Shown: one piece after another, positions 46,494 to 55,235 of the stretch
How positions within the stretch are numbered: position 1 is the stretch's first letter
How the letters are laid out: every line of letters begins with the position of its first letter
IMG/VR virus record: IMGVR_UViG_3300032288_001098
Coordinates: 1-61,273 of that record
Direction: 5' to 3' (one strand)
From: a virus
Lineage: Duplodnaviria > Caudoviricetes
Length of the DNA stretch: 61,273 nucleotides
Program-made: the position numbers and the translations under genes
Notes under the pieces: model-generated
What the model was told of the DNA's origin: nothing
Databases searched by the model: none
What the model saw: the letters and a program-made list of their open reading frames with translations, nothing else

Positions 46494-46512
46494 AACTAAC
46501 CGGAGACCAACC

Positions 46513-46674
46513 ATGCCAACGAAAACCGAGATTTATGAATACCTGTGCGCCCTGCGCGATTCGGGCGAGGTCAACATGTTCTTAGCCTCGCCCTACCTTG
46601 AATATGAATTCGGCATGACCCGTGCCGAGGCCAAGCAAGCCTTGCTTGATTGGATAAGATCATTTAAACGATGA
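46513..46674 (+). CDS. Small conserved phage protein
   Basis: YL..LRDSG.VNMF.A.PYL..F motif; RBS. Confidence 0.7.
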   Translation: MPTKTEIYEYLCALRDSGEVNMFLASPYLEYEFGMTRAEAKQALLDWIRSFKR

Positions 46675-46830
46675 TGACTTGGCCCTTCCCACCCCCGGGT
46701 GGGCCTGTCCCGTGGACACCCGCGCAGGAGAGGGCCTACCGGCTCAAGCACAAACCCGCGCCACCTGACGGGCCTGATGCCCCCTTCTGATGACCGTACC
46801 TTTCCCGTTGTTTAAATGCAACATGGGTAC

Positions 46831-46857
46831 TTGCACTAGCACCATCGGTGCTACAAT
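46831..46857 (+). promoter_or_regulatory. Extended -10 promoter overlapped by palindrome TAGCAC-N5-GTGCTA
   Basis: TG-C-TACAAT; TTGCAC only 15 nt upstream, so spacing is suboptimal. Confidence 0.5.
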
Positions 46858-46882
46858 CACAATCACCAACCGGAGAAACAAA

Positions 46883-47464
46883 ATGTCTATGTCCTACAGC
46901 ACCCGTGAAGAATGGCTGACCGCCGCCGTTGAGGAACTTCGCCCCGTTTTCGGGGCAGTCAACAAACCCATCCCCGCCAAAATCCGGGTCGCCTGTGGCT
47001 TCCCGTTGGATGCCAAGCGTAGCAAGGCCATCGGCCAATGTTGGGCCGACACCGCCAGCGGGGACAAGACCATCGAGATTCTGATCTCGCCGGTGCTGGA
47101 CAAACCCTCCGAGGTTTTCGAGGTGCTGGTGCATGAGTTGTGCCATGCCACGGCAGGTGCGTTTAACCACGGCGTGAATTTTCAAAAGGTCGCCGCCATG
47201 ATGGGTCTGGTTGCCTGCGGGGGTGGAAAGCAATCATGGAAGTCCACCAAGGGCAATGCCGACTTCCTCCAGACCTATGGAGCGATTATCGATTCGCTCC
47301 AAGACTACCCGCATGCCGCCCTGACGTACCGGGACAAAAAGACGCAGGGAACCCGCCTGCTGAAGGCTATGTGCCCGTCCTGCGGGTACACCATTCGATT
47401 GACCCAGAAATGGGCCGACCAAGGCCTGCCTACCTGCCCCTGCGGCGACCAGTTGTCACTTTAA
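46883..47464 (+). CDS. SprT-like zinc metalloprotease
   Basis: LVHELCH..HG..F plus C-terminal CPSC/CPC ribbon. Confidence 0.85.
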   Translation: MSMSYSTREEWLTAAVEELRPVFGAVNKPIPAKIRVACGFPLDAKRSKAIGQCWADTASGDKTIEILISPVLDKPSEVFEVLVHELCHATAGAFNHGVNFQKVAAMMGLVACGGGKQSWKSTKGNADFLQTYGAIIDSLQDYPHAALTYRDKKTQGTRLLKAMCPSCGYTIRLTQKWADQGLPTCPCGDQLSL

Positions 47465-47478
47465 ACCGGAGAATCACC

Positions 47479-48903
47479 ATGATCATCAAAGAAGTCGAAA
47501 TCGCCCGTCTGCCCCTGAGCAAGGTCTATGGGGCCTATCAGCAATACCATCACAAGCCTTCATCGTGGAAGAACAAGGCAGATGCAGTCGGCTGGCTTGC
47601 TCTTCAGGTCGAGGCCGGGGCATTGTCGATGGACAGCATCCGGAGCGCCCCGGATGCAATGCCCTCTGCCGCCCCTGCCGGGGTCGACCCCGCGCTGGTT
47701 GCCGCTCTTGAAAAGAAGATCGCCGACCAGAAGGCTATCTCCCTTCAGGCCCTGCAACGGGCAGACCATGTTGCCGACCGGCTGATCAATGAGGTCAACA
47801 CCCTGACCGACACCCTCGTTGAGACCGAGCGCCGCCTGCATAATTCGATTACATCCAGCAAACCCGACCTGTCGAACGTGCAGTATGAGGTCGCCCGTGC
47901 GGTGCGTGATGCGTTCGCGCCCTTCCAAAAGGCAGTGCAGGATGCCGGGGCCGAGGTCGCGGTGGCGCAGGCATCCTCAGTTGTTCCGGTCGGGCGCAAG
48001 CCTGTGTCCGAGGTGTTTGGTGTTGCCGTGCATGACATGCGCGGGGCCGAGTTGACGGTCGAGGTCTGGGATCACCCGGAGGCCCCCGCCGTTGACCCGG
48101 ATTTCATCTGGACAGAGTCGATTCTGCGCTACCTGACACTAGCAGACCGCACCGGCGACAACCTGTGGTTTGGCGGGGAAAAGGGTACAGGAAAGTCCGA
48201 GACCGCCAGACAGTTTGCCGCGCGTACAGGTCGCGCGTTTAAACGCATCAACTTCCACAAGCACACCTCTGCCGAGGAATATGTGGGTGCGGTGGGTCTG
48301 GTTGACGGGCAAACCGTGTTTCAGCCCAAGGATTTTTTGCAGGCCTACACCTCGCCCTCCACCGTGATCCTGCTCGATGAGGTGACCAACGCAGACCCGG
48401 GGGAACTGGCCCCGCTCAATGGCTTTCTTGAACCCAACGCCGCTGTTTCATTCGGGGGCCAGACGCACCGCCGTGCGCCCGGGGTGCTGGTCTTCGCCGC
48501 CGACAATACCTTCGGTTCCGGTGATGATTCAGGTCGCCATGTTGGGACGCGAGTCCAAAATTCTGCTCTGATTGACCGGTTCGCCCACGTTGTACCGTTC
48601 ACGTTTCTCCCCGAGGCTCAGGAGATCGATGCCATCGTGCGCCGCACGGGTTGTGCCCGGGAACTTGCAGAGCATGTCATGGCATGCATCACGGTCGCCC
48701 GTCAGAAAGTCACCAGTGGGGACATTGTGGACGCACCGTCCATCCGCTCTGCAATGGCCTTCGTCCGCGCCGTGAGCGTCCTGCCGGTTGACCAAGCATG
48801 GCGCACCGCTGTTGTCGCCCGTCAGCCGAGTGAATCTCATGCTGAGTTGAACCTGATCTTCACCGCCTGCATCAACGCAGACACCATCAAAAAATATTTG
48901 TGA
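47479..48903 (+). CDS. MoxR/CbbQ/CobS-like AAA+ ATPase
   Basis: GEKGTGKS, LLDEV, AADNT.G.G, ALIDRF, SIR. Confidence 0.9.
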   Translation: MIIKEVEIARLPLSKVYGAYQQYHHKPSSWKNKADAVGWLALQVEAGALSMDSIRSAPDAMPSAAPAGVDPALVAALEKKIADQKAISLQALQRADHVADRLINEVNTLTDTLVETERRLHNSITSSKPDLSNVQYEVARAVRDAFAPFQKAVQDAGAEVAVAQASSVVPVGRKPVSEVFGVAVHDMRGAELTVEVWDHPEAPAVDPDFIWTESILRYLTLADRTGDNLWFGGEKGTGKSETARQFAARTGRAFKRINFHKHTSAEEYVGAVGLVDGQTVFQPKDFLQAYTSPSTVILLDEVTNADPGELAPLNGFLEPNAAVSFGGQTHRRAPGVLVFAADNTFGSGDDSGRHVGTRVQNSALIDRFAHVVPFTFLPEAQEIDAIVRRTGCARELAEHVMACITVARQKVTSGDIVDAPSIRSAMAFVRAVSVLPVDQAWRTAVVARQPSESHAELNLIFTACINADTIKKYL

Positions 48904-48914
48904 GGAGTTTAAAC

Positions 48915-50522
48915 ATGAAACGCTATAAGGGTTATGAATTCCGCGCCGGGGTTGAAGCCTTCGCCAGCAAGGCCACCAAGGCCCTCGGGCTGACTGGTGT
49001 CAACATCGTCTGGTCTCGCGGCATCAGCACCGCAGGCATCGACAATCGCGGGACACTGTACCTGTCTGACGTTGACGATGCGTCCACGCTGACCGAGACC
49101 GACCTGCACAAGTATTGCGGCTTCGTCCTGCATGAGTTGTGCCACCATGCCTACACCAACTTTAATGTTCGCGGCTCGACCGATTACATCCGCACCCTGC
49201 ATAATGCAGTGGAGGATGCATGGATCGAACACCGCGCCATCGACCGCTCCTTGATGGGCAATGTCGCACAGGTTTTTGAGGTGCTGATCGCCGGGATGGT
49301 GGCTGATGCCCTCGGCTCTGTGACTGATTGGGCTGACCCCCGTCAGTACCCCTTCGCCCTCGCCGTATACCTGCGCAAGCATGCCGCCCGTAAAGTGCCC
49401 CTTGCCAACGGTCTGGAACCGATCTTCCGCGAGGCAGGTCTGCGTCTGGAGAGTGCGCAGAGCAGTGTGGACACCCTTGCAATTGCAGAGTGGGTCATGT
49501 CCCAACTCAAGGCCCTGCAACCGGAGCAAAAGCCCAACGAACCCAACAAACCCAACGATAAGCCAAAGCAAGGCCCTAAGGGTGACGCTGGTGACGCTGA
49601 CGGTGATGACGCTGGTGATGACGCTGGTGACGCTGATGACGCTGACGCTGGTGACGATGCTGGCAACCCCGGCGATCCCGGGCAAGGTGGCAAGCCTGTC
49701 GGTGATGCGACCGCACCCGCTGATGATTGTTCCCCCGCAGAGGTCGAACCCTCCATCGAGGGCAACAGTGTGACGCGAACATATTATGATCGCACTGACA
49801 TCATCGATCCAGCCAAGTGCCTTGAGGCCAAGTGGCAGGAGATCAAGACCACCGTCCCGGGTCGCCTGCGCTACAACCTTCGCCGCCTGTTTGACAACAG
49901 CGACCGCACTGATTTTCAACTCGGTCGCAAGTACGGGTCTGTGAATTCGTCCGCTCTGCCGACCTACCAGCACAATGCCAATGTGTTTAAACTTCGCCGC
50001 GAGATTGACGGGATCGAATCTGCGGTGGTGATCTGCCTCGATGTCTCATCATCTATGTACCGGGATGAGGCAGACAGGCGGCGCATCCGGCTGGCAAGCG
50101 AATGCACCGCCGCCCTGCTTGAGACACTCAAGCATGCGCAGGTCTCCACCTCGCTGATTGCCTACGGGTCAAAGGTCTCTGTGATCAAACGCTGGACGGA
50201 CGGTCTACCAGTTACACGGGATCGCCTGAGCAAGATCGCCTCGCAGGGATCGACCCATACCTTTATAGCCATGCGTCATGCGCATGAACTGCTGATGGCC
50301 CGACCGGAGGCCCGGAAGGTCTGCATCGTGCTGACGGACGGTGAGTGCAACGCACCCTTCGACAGTAAGCATCAGGTTCAAGTGGGCAAGGCTCTTGGGA
50401 TCACCACCATTGGCATCGGCATCAGTCTTGATGTCAGTCGTGTATTCCCTGAGCATATCAACGTCAGGGATGTTAAAGACCTCGCCGAGGCCACATTTAA
50501 GCAGATCAAACTGGCGGCATGA
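48915..50522 (+). CDS. CobT-like VWA protein with N-terminal HExxH domain and acidic linker
   Basis: LHELCH..NAVED..IE; MIDAS LDVSSSM, T, LTDG. Confidence 0.88.
   Translation: MKRYKGYEFRAGVEAFASKATKALGLTGVNIVWSRGISTAGIDNRGTLYLSDVDDASTLTETDLHKYCGFVLHELCHHAYTNFNVRGSTDYIRTLHNAVEDAWIEHRAIDRSLMGNVAQVFEVLIAGMVADALGSVTDWADPRQYPFALAVYLRKHAARKVPLANGLEPIFREAGLRLESAQSSVDTLAIAEWVMSQLKALQPEQKPNEPNKPNDKPKQGPKGDAGDADGDDAGDDAGDADDADAGDDAGNPGDPGQGGKPVGDATAPADDCSPAEVEPSIEGNSVTRTYYDRTDIIDPAKCLEAKWQEIKTTVPGRLRYNLRRLFDNSDRTDFQLGRKYGSVNSSALPTYQHNANVFKLRREIDGIESAVVICLDVSSSMYRDEADRRRIRLASECTAALLETLKHAQVSTSLIAYGSKVSVIKRWTDGLPVTRDRLSKIASQGSTHTFIAMRHAHELLMARPEARKVCIVLTDGECNAPFDSKHQVQVGKALGITTIGIGISLDVSRVFPEHINVRDVKDLAEATFKQIKLAA
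49581..49662 (+). repeat. Degenerate GGTGACGCT / GATGAC tandem repeat encoding a G/D/A linker
   Basis: Direct reading. Confidence 0.8.
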
Positions 50523-50535
50523 TGCCGCCTTTTTT
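50513..50535 (+). terminator. Rho-independent terminator
   Basis: GGCGGCA-TGA-TGCCGCC-TTTTTT. Confidence 0.75.
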
Positions 50536-50548
50536 AAGGAGAGACAAA

Positions 50549-50764
50549 GTGATTGATTGGAAAAACTGGAGACCGAATGTCGATGGAGCATTGGCTCTTT
50601 TGGCAGAGGGTGGCAACAGCAATAACGGCACTCTGACGATGGAGACGGGTGTCTGTAAGCCTTGGTCTGTGGCCACGATAAGGGCACTCAGGCGCAGGGG
50701 TTATCGAGTTGACAACCTTACAACCGGCGTGTTTTTGCTTCACAAAAAAGGAGAAAGCAAATGA
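50549..50764 (+). CDS. Hypothetical protein
   Basis: AAGGAG RBS and GTG start. Confidence 0.5.
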   Translation: MIDWKNWRPNVDGALALLAEGGNSNNGTLTMETGVCKPWSVATIRALRRRGYRVDNLTTGVFLLHKKGESK

Positions 50765-50991
50765 AATGGAATCATCGAGTAATGAATTGCCCCTCCGAGA
50801 ACGGAGGAGATGACTACATCACCTTCAAGGAAGTCTTCTATGACGATGACGGTGAGCCATACGCTTACAGCGAACCCTTCATTGGTGGCGACAACTTGGA
50901 GGAGTTGGAAACATTGGTGGCCAGTTTAAATGCCGCCCTGAAACAGCCAATGCTCCATGAAAAAACCTTTGAAAAAGGAGAAAGCAAATGA
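50761..50991 (+). CDS. Conserved phage protein
   Basis: MKWNHRV..EVFYD..G.P motif. Confidence 0.7.
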   Translation: MKWNHRVMNCPSENGGDDYITFKEVFYDDDGEPYAYSEPFIGGDNLEELETLVASLNAALKQPMLHEKTFEKGESK

Positions 50992-51164
50992 CTGAAGAAC
51001 ATCCTTGGCACATCGAACTCGACTACATGAGAGCGCACCTGCGCTATGTGCTAAACAACCTTGATGCCATCAGCAAACGCAACGATGTGAAAGGCAAGAT
51101 CGAGAGTGTGTACTTCATGCTCGATGATCTGTGTGAGCAAACCAAAGGTGAAAGCAATGAATGA
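50988..51164 (+). CDS. Hypothetical protein (58 aa)
   Basis: AAGGAG RBS, ATGA coupling; manual translation. Confidence 0.55.
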   Translation: MTEEHPWHIELDYMRAHLRYVLNNLDAISKRNDVKGKIESVYFMLDDLCEQTKGESNE

Positions 51165-51387
51165 AGAAACAGGCAAGTGGGTGATTCTGAGTTACTTCCC
51201 GAATTCACCAGTGGATGTTTATGGGTTGTTTGACTCGGAACGGGAAGCCCGTGACTACGCAGACAAGCATGGCTTCGCAATTGGGCAGGGGGCATACGAT
51301 GTCAAGTCGGTGCTCAATGCCCACTACCATGAAGACCCGAGCGACTACGTTGGCATGGGTTGGATTGGCGCAGACGGCAGACCATAA
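51157..51387 (+). CDS. Hypothetical protein
   Basis: YGLFDS..EA..YA motif; RBS. Confidence 0.6.
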   Translation: MNEETGKWVILSYFPNSPVDVYGLFDSEREARDYADKHGFAIGQGAYDVKSVLNAHYHEDPSDYVGMGWIGADGRP

Positions 51388-51409
51388 CAGTTTAAACAGG
51401 AGAACTGAA

Positions 51410-51562
51410 ATGACCTACAACCTGCGATCTGATGAGTCATACGAAGACGAAATGTACGACCTCTACCTTGAGCGTCAGGCCCGTCTGCGCTACGAGCGCA
51501 CCTTGGCCCGACACCCAGACCCGCAAGACCCAGACTACCCGGAGATCGATGATGAAGCATGA
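51410..51562 (+). CDS. Small acidic protein
   Basis: AGGAG RBS; HPDPQDPDYP. Confidence 0.55.
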   Translation: MTYNLRSDESYEDEMYDLYLERQARLRYERTLARHPDPQDPDYPEIDDEA

Positions 51563-51663
51563 CCCCTTCGACTACTGGTCTGCGCCCGGGAGGGGGTGGC
51601 GTATCGCCCTCTTGCTGGTGCTGGTTGCTATCTGTATGCTTGACCTGTTCTTCTGGAGGCCGC

Positions 51664-51885
51664 ATGGATAAGGAACAACTGGAGAAAATACTCGACACCC
51701 ACAACAAGGTCATGGACGTTGTCTCGGAATCGGGCCTTGATGGGTTCGACATAGTCGCGGTTCTGAGCAAGTGCCTGATCAACTACGCCGTGCATATCGA
51801 GGATCGTGATGAATTCAACATCCGCATGGCAATGACCTACGACTTCGTCAAGTCGCAGACCCCTCCTCTGGAGGAGATGCACTGA
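51664..51885 (+). CDS. Hypothetical protein
   Basis: GGAGG RBS. Confidence 0.55.
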   Translation: MDKEQLEKILDTHNKVMDVVSESGLDGFDIVAVLSKCLINYAVHIEDRDEFNIRMAMTYDFVKSQTPPLEEMH

Positions 51886-52130
51886 TGCGCAAGATCAAGG
51901 TCATCAACCAAGGTGGCGACTACTTCAGGGAGCAACTGGAGAAGTACGCCCACCTGCTGGAACCAGTCCCCGACCATTCACACATTAAACGCCGAGAAAG
52001 GTATATCAACTATCTGCCGCGACAGAAATGTTGGGCTGTCTTCACCATGCCATCAAACATCAATGATTCACCGATGATGCGCAGTCGATACGACAACGTG
52101 ATCAGCGCAGTACACAGCGCACTTAATTAG
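51885..52130 (+). CDS. Hypothetical protein
   Basis: TGATG coupling; GGAG RBS. Confidence 0.55.
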   Translation: MRKIKVINQGGDYFREQLEKYAHLLEPVPDHSHIKRRERYINYLPRQKCWAVFTMPSNINDSPMMRSRYDNVISAVHSALN

Positions 52131-52159
52131 TTTAAACGGGGGCCTTGTGCCCCCGCTTT

Positions 52160-53845
52160 TCAAAACGCATCCAAGTTTTCCGAGTAAGTACCCGCCACCT
52201 TGTTGTACAGCAATGTGGTTTCACCCTGCGTCCCCACCCATCTATAGCGGCACTTCCAGACCGCAATCTCAACGACAGGCCCATCACCTCGATGAACGGT
52301 GATGCCGCAGTCTGTCTTCGCCCACCATGACATTGACCCCGCAATGGACATCCCATCAGGCCGGGGCTGATCATTCCCGCTCCTCTGCATTTTCGAGGGG
52401 TGAGCGATGAACCACGTATGCACATCATGCGCCTTGCAGAACTTCTGCACCCGGGTCAGCATCTGACTGATTGCATCCGTTTCCGTCATGTCCCTCCGAT
52501 CCAGTTGAATGTAGTTGTACGGGTCAATCACCAGACCCCGCACCCCCATCCTTGTCACCGCCGCCCTCGCCCTGTCGAGGATCGAGTCCAACGTGCTTGG
52601 CTCTTCGCCGTTGGTGTCGATAAACAGGAAATGATCCTGAACGAATTTAAACGCATCCTCCCTCTCGCTGTCTCCCATCCGGTCGCGCCCCTCAAAAAAC
52701 CTTTTGTGGGTGTATATCTCCATCAGACGGGTGATGTGAATTTCAGGTTGATTCTCAAAGGAGCAGATCGCAAACTTCCAGTGCATCGACCGCGCAAGAT
52801 TGACCATGATCTGGTCGAGGAAGTTGCTCTTACCGCTCGATGGATAGCCGGTGATGACCGTAAGTTGGGAGGGGGCGATCGTGTAGATTTCATCGACCGA
52901 TGGGTAGCCGGTGCTAAACCCTCTCCCCGTGCCTTTGGTGTAAAGGTCTTTGACCTTCTCGGCAAATGTGTTTGCATCCGAGAGCCCGTTGACCGGATAT
53001 GGTTCTGCGCCGCTGATGATCCCCTCAATGTCCACCTTGGGATCGTCAGACGCCAGAAGGACATCGTTTAAATCCTTCTTGCCAAACTTGGCCAAGCGGC
53101 ACTTGTCTTTTCCGATCCTCCGCGCCAACTCCTCCGCAAGCGCCTGACCGGGGATGTCCTGATCTGTGGCCAGAACCACATACGGGGCAGCATCGATGAT
53201 CTCCCGGGCGTTCCAGACATACGCAAAACGCTTGTCTTCAGAGGGGAGAACCTTGCCATCTGCGACCTTGACAGGAGCGCCGCCGGGTACGCTGACGACA
53301 TTGTTTAAACCGATCTCCACCGCAGACAGGGCATCGAACTCGCCCTCCACGATGATCAGAGGCTCACCCTTCTTTACATGTTCAAGGCCATAGAAATCAT
53401 GTGCGCCGCCTGCGTCTTGAGTGAAGTCCTTGTCCTCGATGGACCGGTACTTCGCGGCAATCAAATTTCCATCACGGTAGTACGGGAAGCCGATGGCCTC
53501 TGTCTTGCGCCCGAGTCGTGAGAAGAACTTCTGGGCTGAGAATAGCCGCATCTTGTCTGCGGTCTGAGGGGAGATACCCCGGGAAATCAGATAGGCGTAA
53601 TGCTCATCTTTGAGGCTGTTGCTCACGATGGCGGGGGCGGGAACTGCTTGCAATCGCTTCTCCTTGGGCGGCTGGACAGCCCCCTCTGCGTAGCAGTGAT
53701 GGCAGTGATAGACCACCGCACCATCTGCCTTGCGGCTGAGGGTCATGTCCTTGATTTTTTTCTTTTTTCTCTCCGGGGTGCAGAACGGGCAGATTACCCG
53801 TGTCGTGTCACCAAATCTTGTTTCTTCTACGAGGGCCTCGATCAT
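52160..53845 (-). CDS. Bifunctional primase-helicase (T7 gp4/Twinkle-like)
   Basis: Zn finger CPFC..CHHC, TOPRIM EGEFD..DQD, Walker A GYPSSGKS, IDPYN, AHP.K. Confidence 0.93.
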   Translation of the reverse strand: MIEALVEETRFGDTTRVICPFCTPERKKKKIKDMTLSRKADGAVVYHCHHCYAEGAVQPPKEKRLQAVPAPAIVSNSLKDEHYAYLISRGISPQTADKMRLFSAQKFFSRLGRKTEAIGFPYYRDGNLIAAKYRSIEDKDFTQDAGGAHDFYGLEHVKKGEPLIIVEGEFDALSAVEIGLNNVVSVPGGAPVKVADGKVLPSEDKRFAYVWNAREIIDAAPYVVLATDQDIPGQALAEELARRIGKDKCRLAKFGKKDLNDVLLASDDPKVDIEGIISGAEPYPVNGLSDANTFAEKVKDLYTKGTGRGFSTGYPSVDEIYTIAPSQLTVITGYPSSGKSNFLDQIMVNLARSMHWKFAICSFENQPEIHITRLMEIYTHKRFFEGRDRMGDSEREDAFKFVQDHFLFIDTNGEEPSTLDSILDRARAAVTRMGVRGLVIDPYNYIQLDRRDMTETDAISQMLTRVQKFCKAHDVHTWFIAHPSKMQRSGNDQPRPDGMSIAGSMSWWAKTDCGITVHRGDGPVVEIAVWKCRYRWVGTQGETTLLYNKVAGTYSENLDAF

Positions 53846-54090
53846 TTCATGCTTCCGTCTGCCTTACGTTTAAAACTGCGGTTGGACGAAGAGGGACGGG
53901 CGACCAGATTGCTTCGGGTTGTTGTGCCGCCTTTGCTCAGGGGCTTCTTGTGATCAACATCTTTCCCATCTCCCTTGTGGACGATGCCTTCTCTCTCCAA
54001 CATCCTTCGGGCCTTGTTGCGTTGCGCCCGTTTCTTTTTGACTGCGGGTGTTCCGTCATAGTTGCGATACTCTGCGGCGTAGTCTCTCAT
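53842..54090 (-). CDS. HNH endonuclease
   Basis: DVDHKKPLSKGG..NL..NR. Confidence 0.85.
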   Translation of the reverse strand: MRDYAAEYRNYDGTPAVKKKRAQRNKARRMLEREGIVHKGDGKDVDHKKPLSKGGTTTRSNLVARPSSSNRSFKRKADGSMK

Positions 54091-54212
54091 GTTTAAACTC
54101 CTGAAGGAGGGGGCCGGTTTGCTACTGGTGAGAGGGGCGACAGTGACATGTATGAAGCCTCTGTTCCCAGCAAGGTTCCCGTGCAAGGGTTAACGAGCCA
54201 GCCCCCGAAACC

Positions 54213-54491
54213 TCATTTTGCCGCAGATCCAGTGTCCATGTTGTCCACAAAACGCTGGATGATGCCACCAAGAACATCCATGCGGCTGATGTTTTTCAAC
54301 TCTGCGACAGATGTGATGAAACAATAATGTTGATGGCTAACGGTGATGGCGTGTGCCTCCGCTTTTTTACTCTGAACTGCCGCCTTTTGAGGCTTTGCCT
54401 TCAAACTCTTGGGCCTGCCCACCTTCCGCTTGGAGATGGTGATCTCGGGGATTGACTCTACTACTGACTTCTCAAGCATATTGCTCTCCAT
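54213..54491 (-). CDS. Hypothetical DNA-binding-like protein
   Basis: GRPK motif followed by RHH-like C-terminus. Confidence 0.5.
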   Translation of the reverse strand: MESNMLEKSVVESIPEITISKRKVGRPKSLKAKPQKAAVQSKKAEAHAITVSHQHYCFITSVAELKNISRMDVLGGIIQRFVDNMDTGSAAK

Positions 54492-54515
54492 TGGTTAAGA
54501 TCCCTGTGGCCGTTG

Positions 54516-54716
54516 TTACGGCTCTTGGTCTGAATCACTTTGTGAGCCGTAGAGTTCCTCTGGACTCCGCTTGGCTCTCACATGTAGCCACTGATGATAA
54601 TCTGCGACTGTTGGCATGCAGGTGGCCACCAATGTCCTGAGCCAGACTTCCCAGATCAGGTCTTGACGATCACACCATTCCTCAAACTCCCTCATCATCT
54701 TGTCTTCATCTTCCAT
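54516..54716 (-). CDS. Hypothetical protein
   Basis: AAGGAG RBS. Confidence 0.5.
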   Translation of the reverse strand: MEDEDKMMREFEEWCDRQDLIWEVWLRTLVATCMPTVADYHQWLHVRAKRSPEELYGSQSDSDQEP

Positions 54717-54737
54717 CTGGCGCTCCTTTAAGATTTT

Positions 54738-55050
54738 TCACCCAAAGGCCCCCCTTCCCCAGAGGAGACAATGGGTGGCTTTCACCGCCTTGCGGCATCT
54801 GCATGTTTCTTTCGAAACCCCTCGGCTTGCAGATTCGGCCAGCCGTCCGGACTGTAGGGTAGTTGCCCTTGCTTGCGCTACCGGATAACCCTTTTCTTCC
54901 ACGCAGTCAGGTTGAACTCTTGCTGTCGTGCGGAGTACGGTTATCGTAGGCAACAAAAAAGCCGCTTGCAACTGCGATCCGGTAGCAACCTTGCCTGATG
55001 GCTCTCCCACTGAAAGCATCGGGTAAGGCGGATCGCATGCACAAGCGGCC
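54738..55050 (-). ncRNA. Candidate structured leader RNA of the replication operon
   Basis: Long GCCGCTTG/CAAGCGGC stem with U-run, then a multi-branch region with four GNRA-capped hairpins. Confidence 0.5.
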
Positions 55051-55082
55051 TACATTTGTTGTTTGCTACGACAACACTGCGG

Positions 55083-55110
55083 ATTCTGCCAGAACTTTTT
55101 TATCTGTCAA
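55083..55110 (-). promoter_or_regulatory. Sigma70 promoter for the replication operon
   Basis: TTGACA-16 nt-CAGAAT with TG extension. Confidence 0.6.
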
Positions 55111-55235
55111 TACACCTGTTACAAATTTTTTCTGAGCGGATGCGGATTGACTTCAGCGGCAACCTTGGCATTGGTGTTTAAACAATCAGGCGGAGGCTCA
55201 TGTGGTGAGCCTGCTGCGTGCGGGCCGAAAACCGT

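Noticed and set aside
43270-46800. CTGATGACCGT at ~43271 and ~46787 as further hammerheads
   Set aside because: No GAAA after a stem II, so the core is incomplete
47479-50522. cobS/cobT as auxiliary cobalamin metabolism genes
   Set aside because: No cobN or other cob genes; generic MoxR-VWA architecture
51429-51455. CUGAUGA-GUC/GAC-GAAA hammerhead-like core
   Set aside because: No convincing stem I or stem III with a UH site in any topology, and it lies within a plausible ORF (SDESYEDEM); chance or a degenerate relic
54738-55019. 93-aa minus-strand ORF
   Set aside because: No clear RBS, it starts inside a long hairpin and crosses a terminator-like U-tract; better explained as structured RNA, though not excluded
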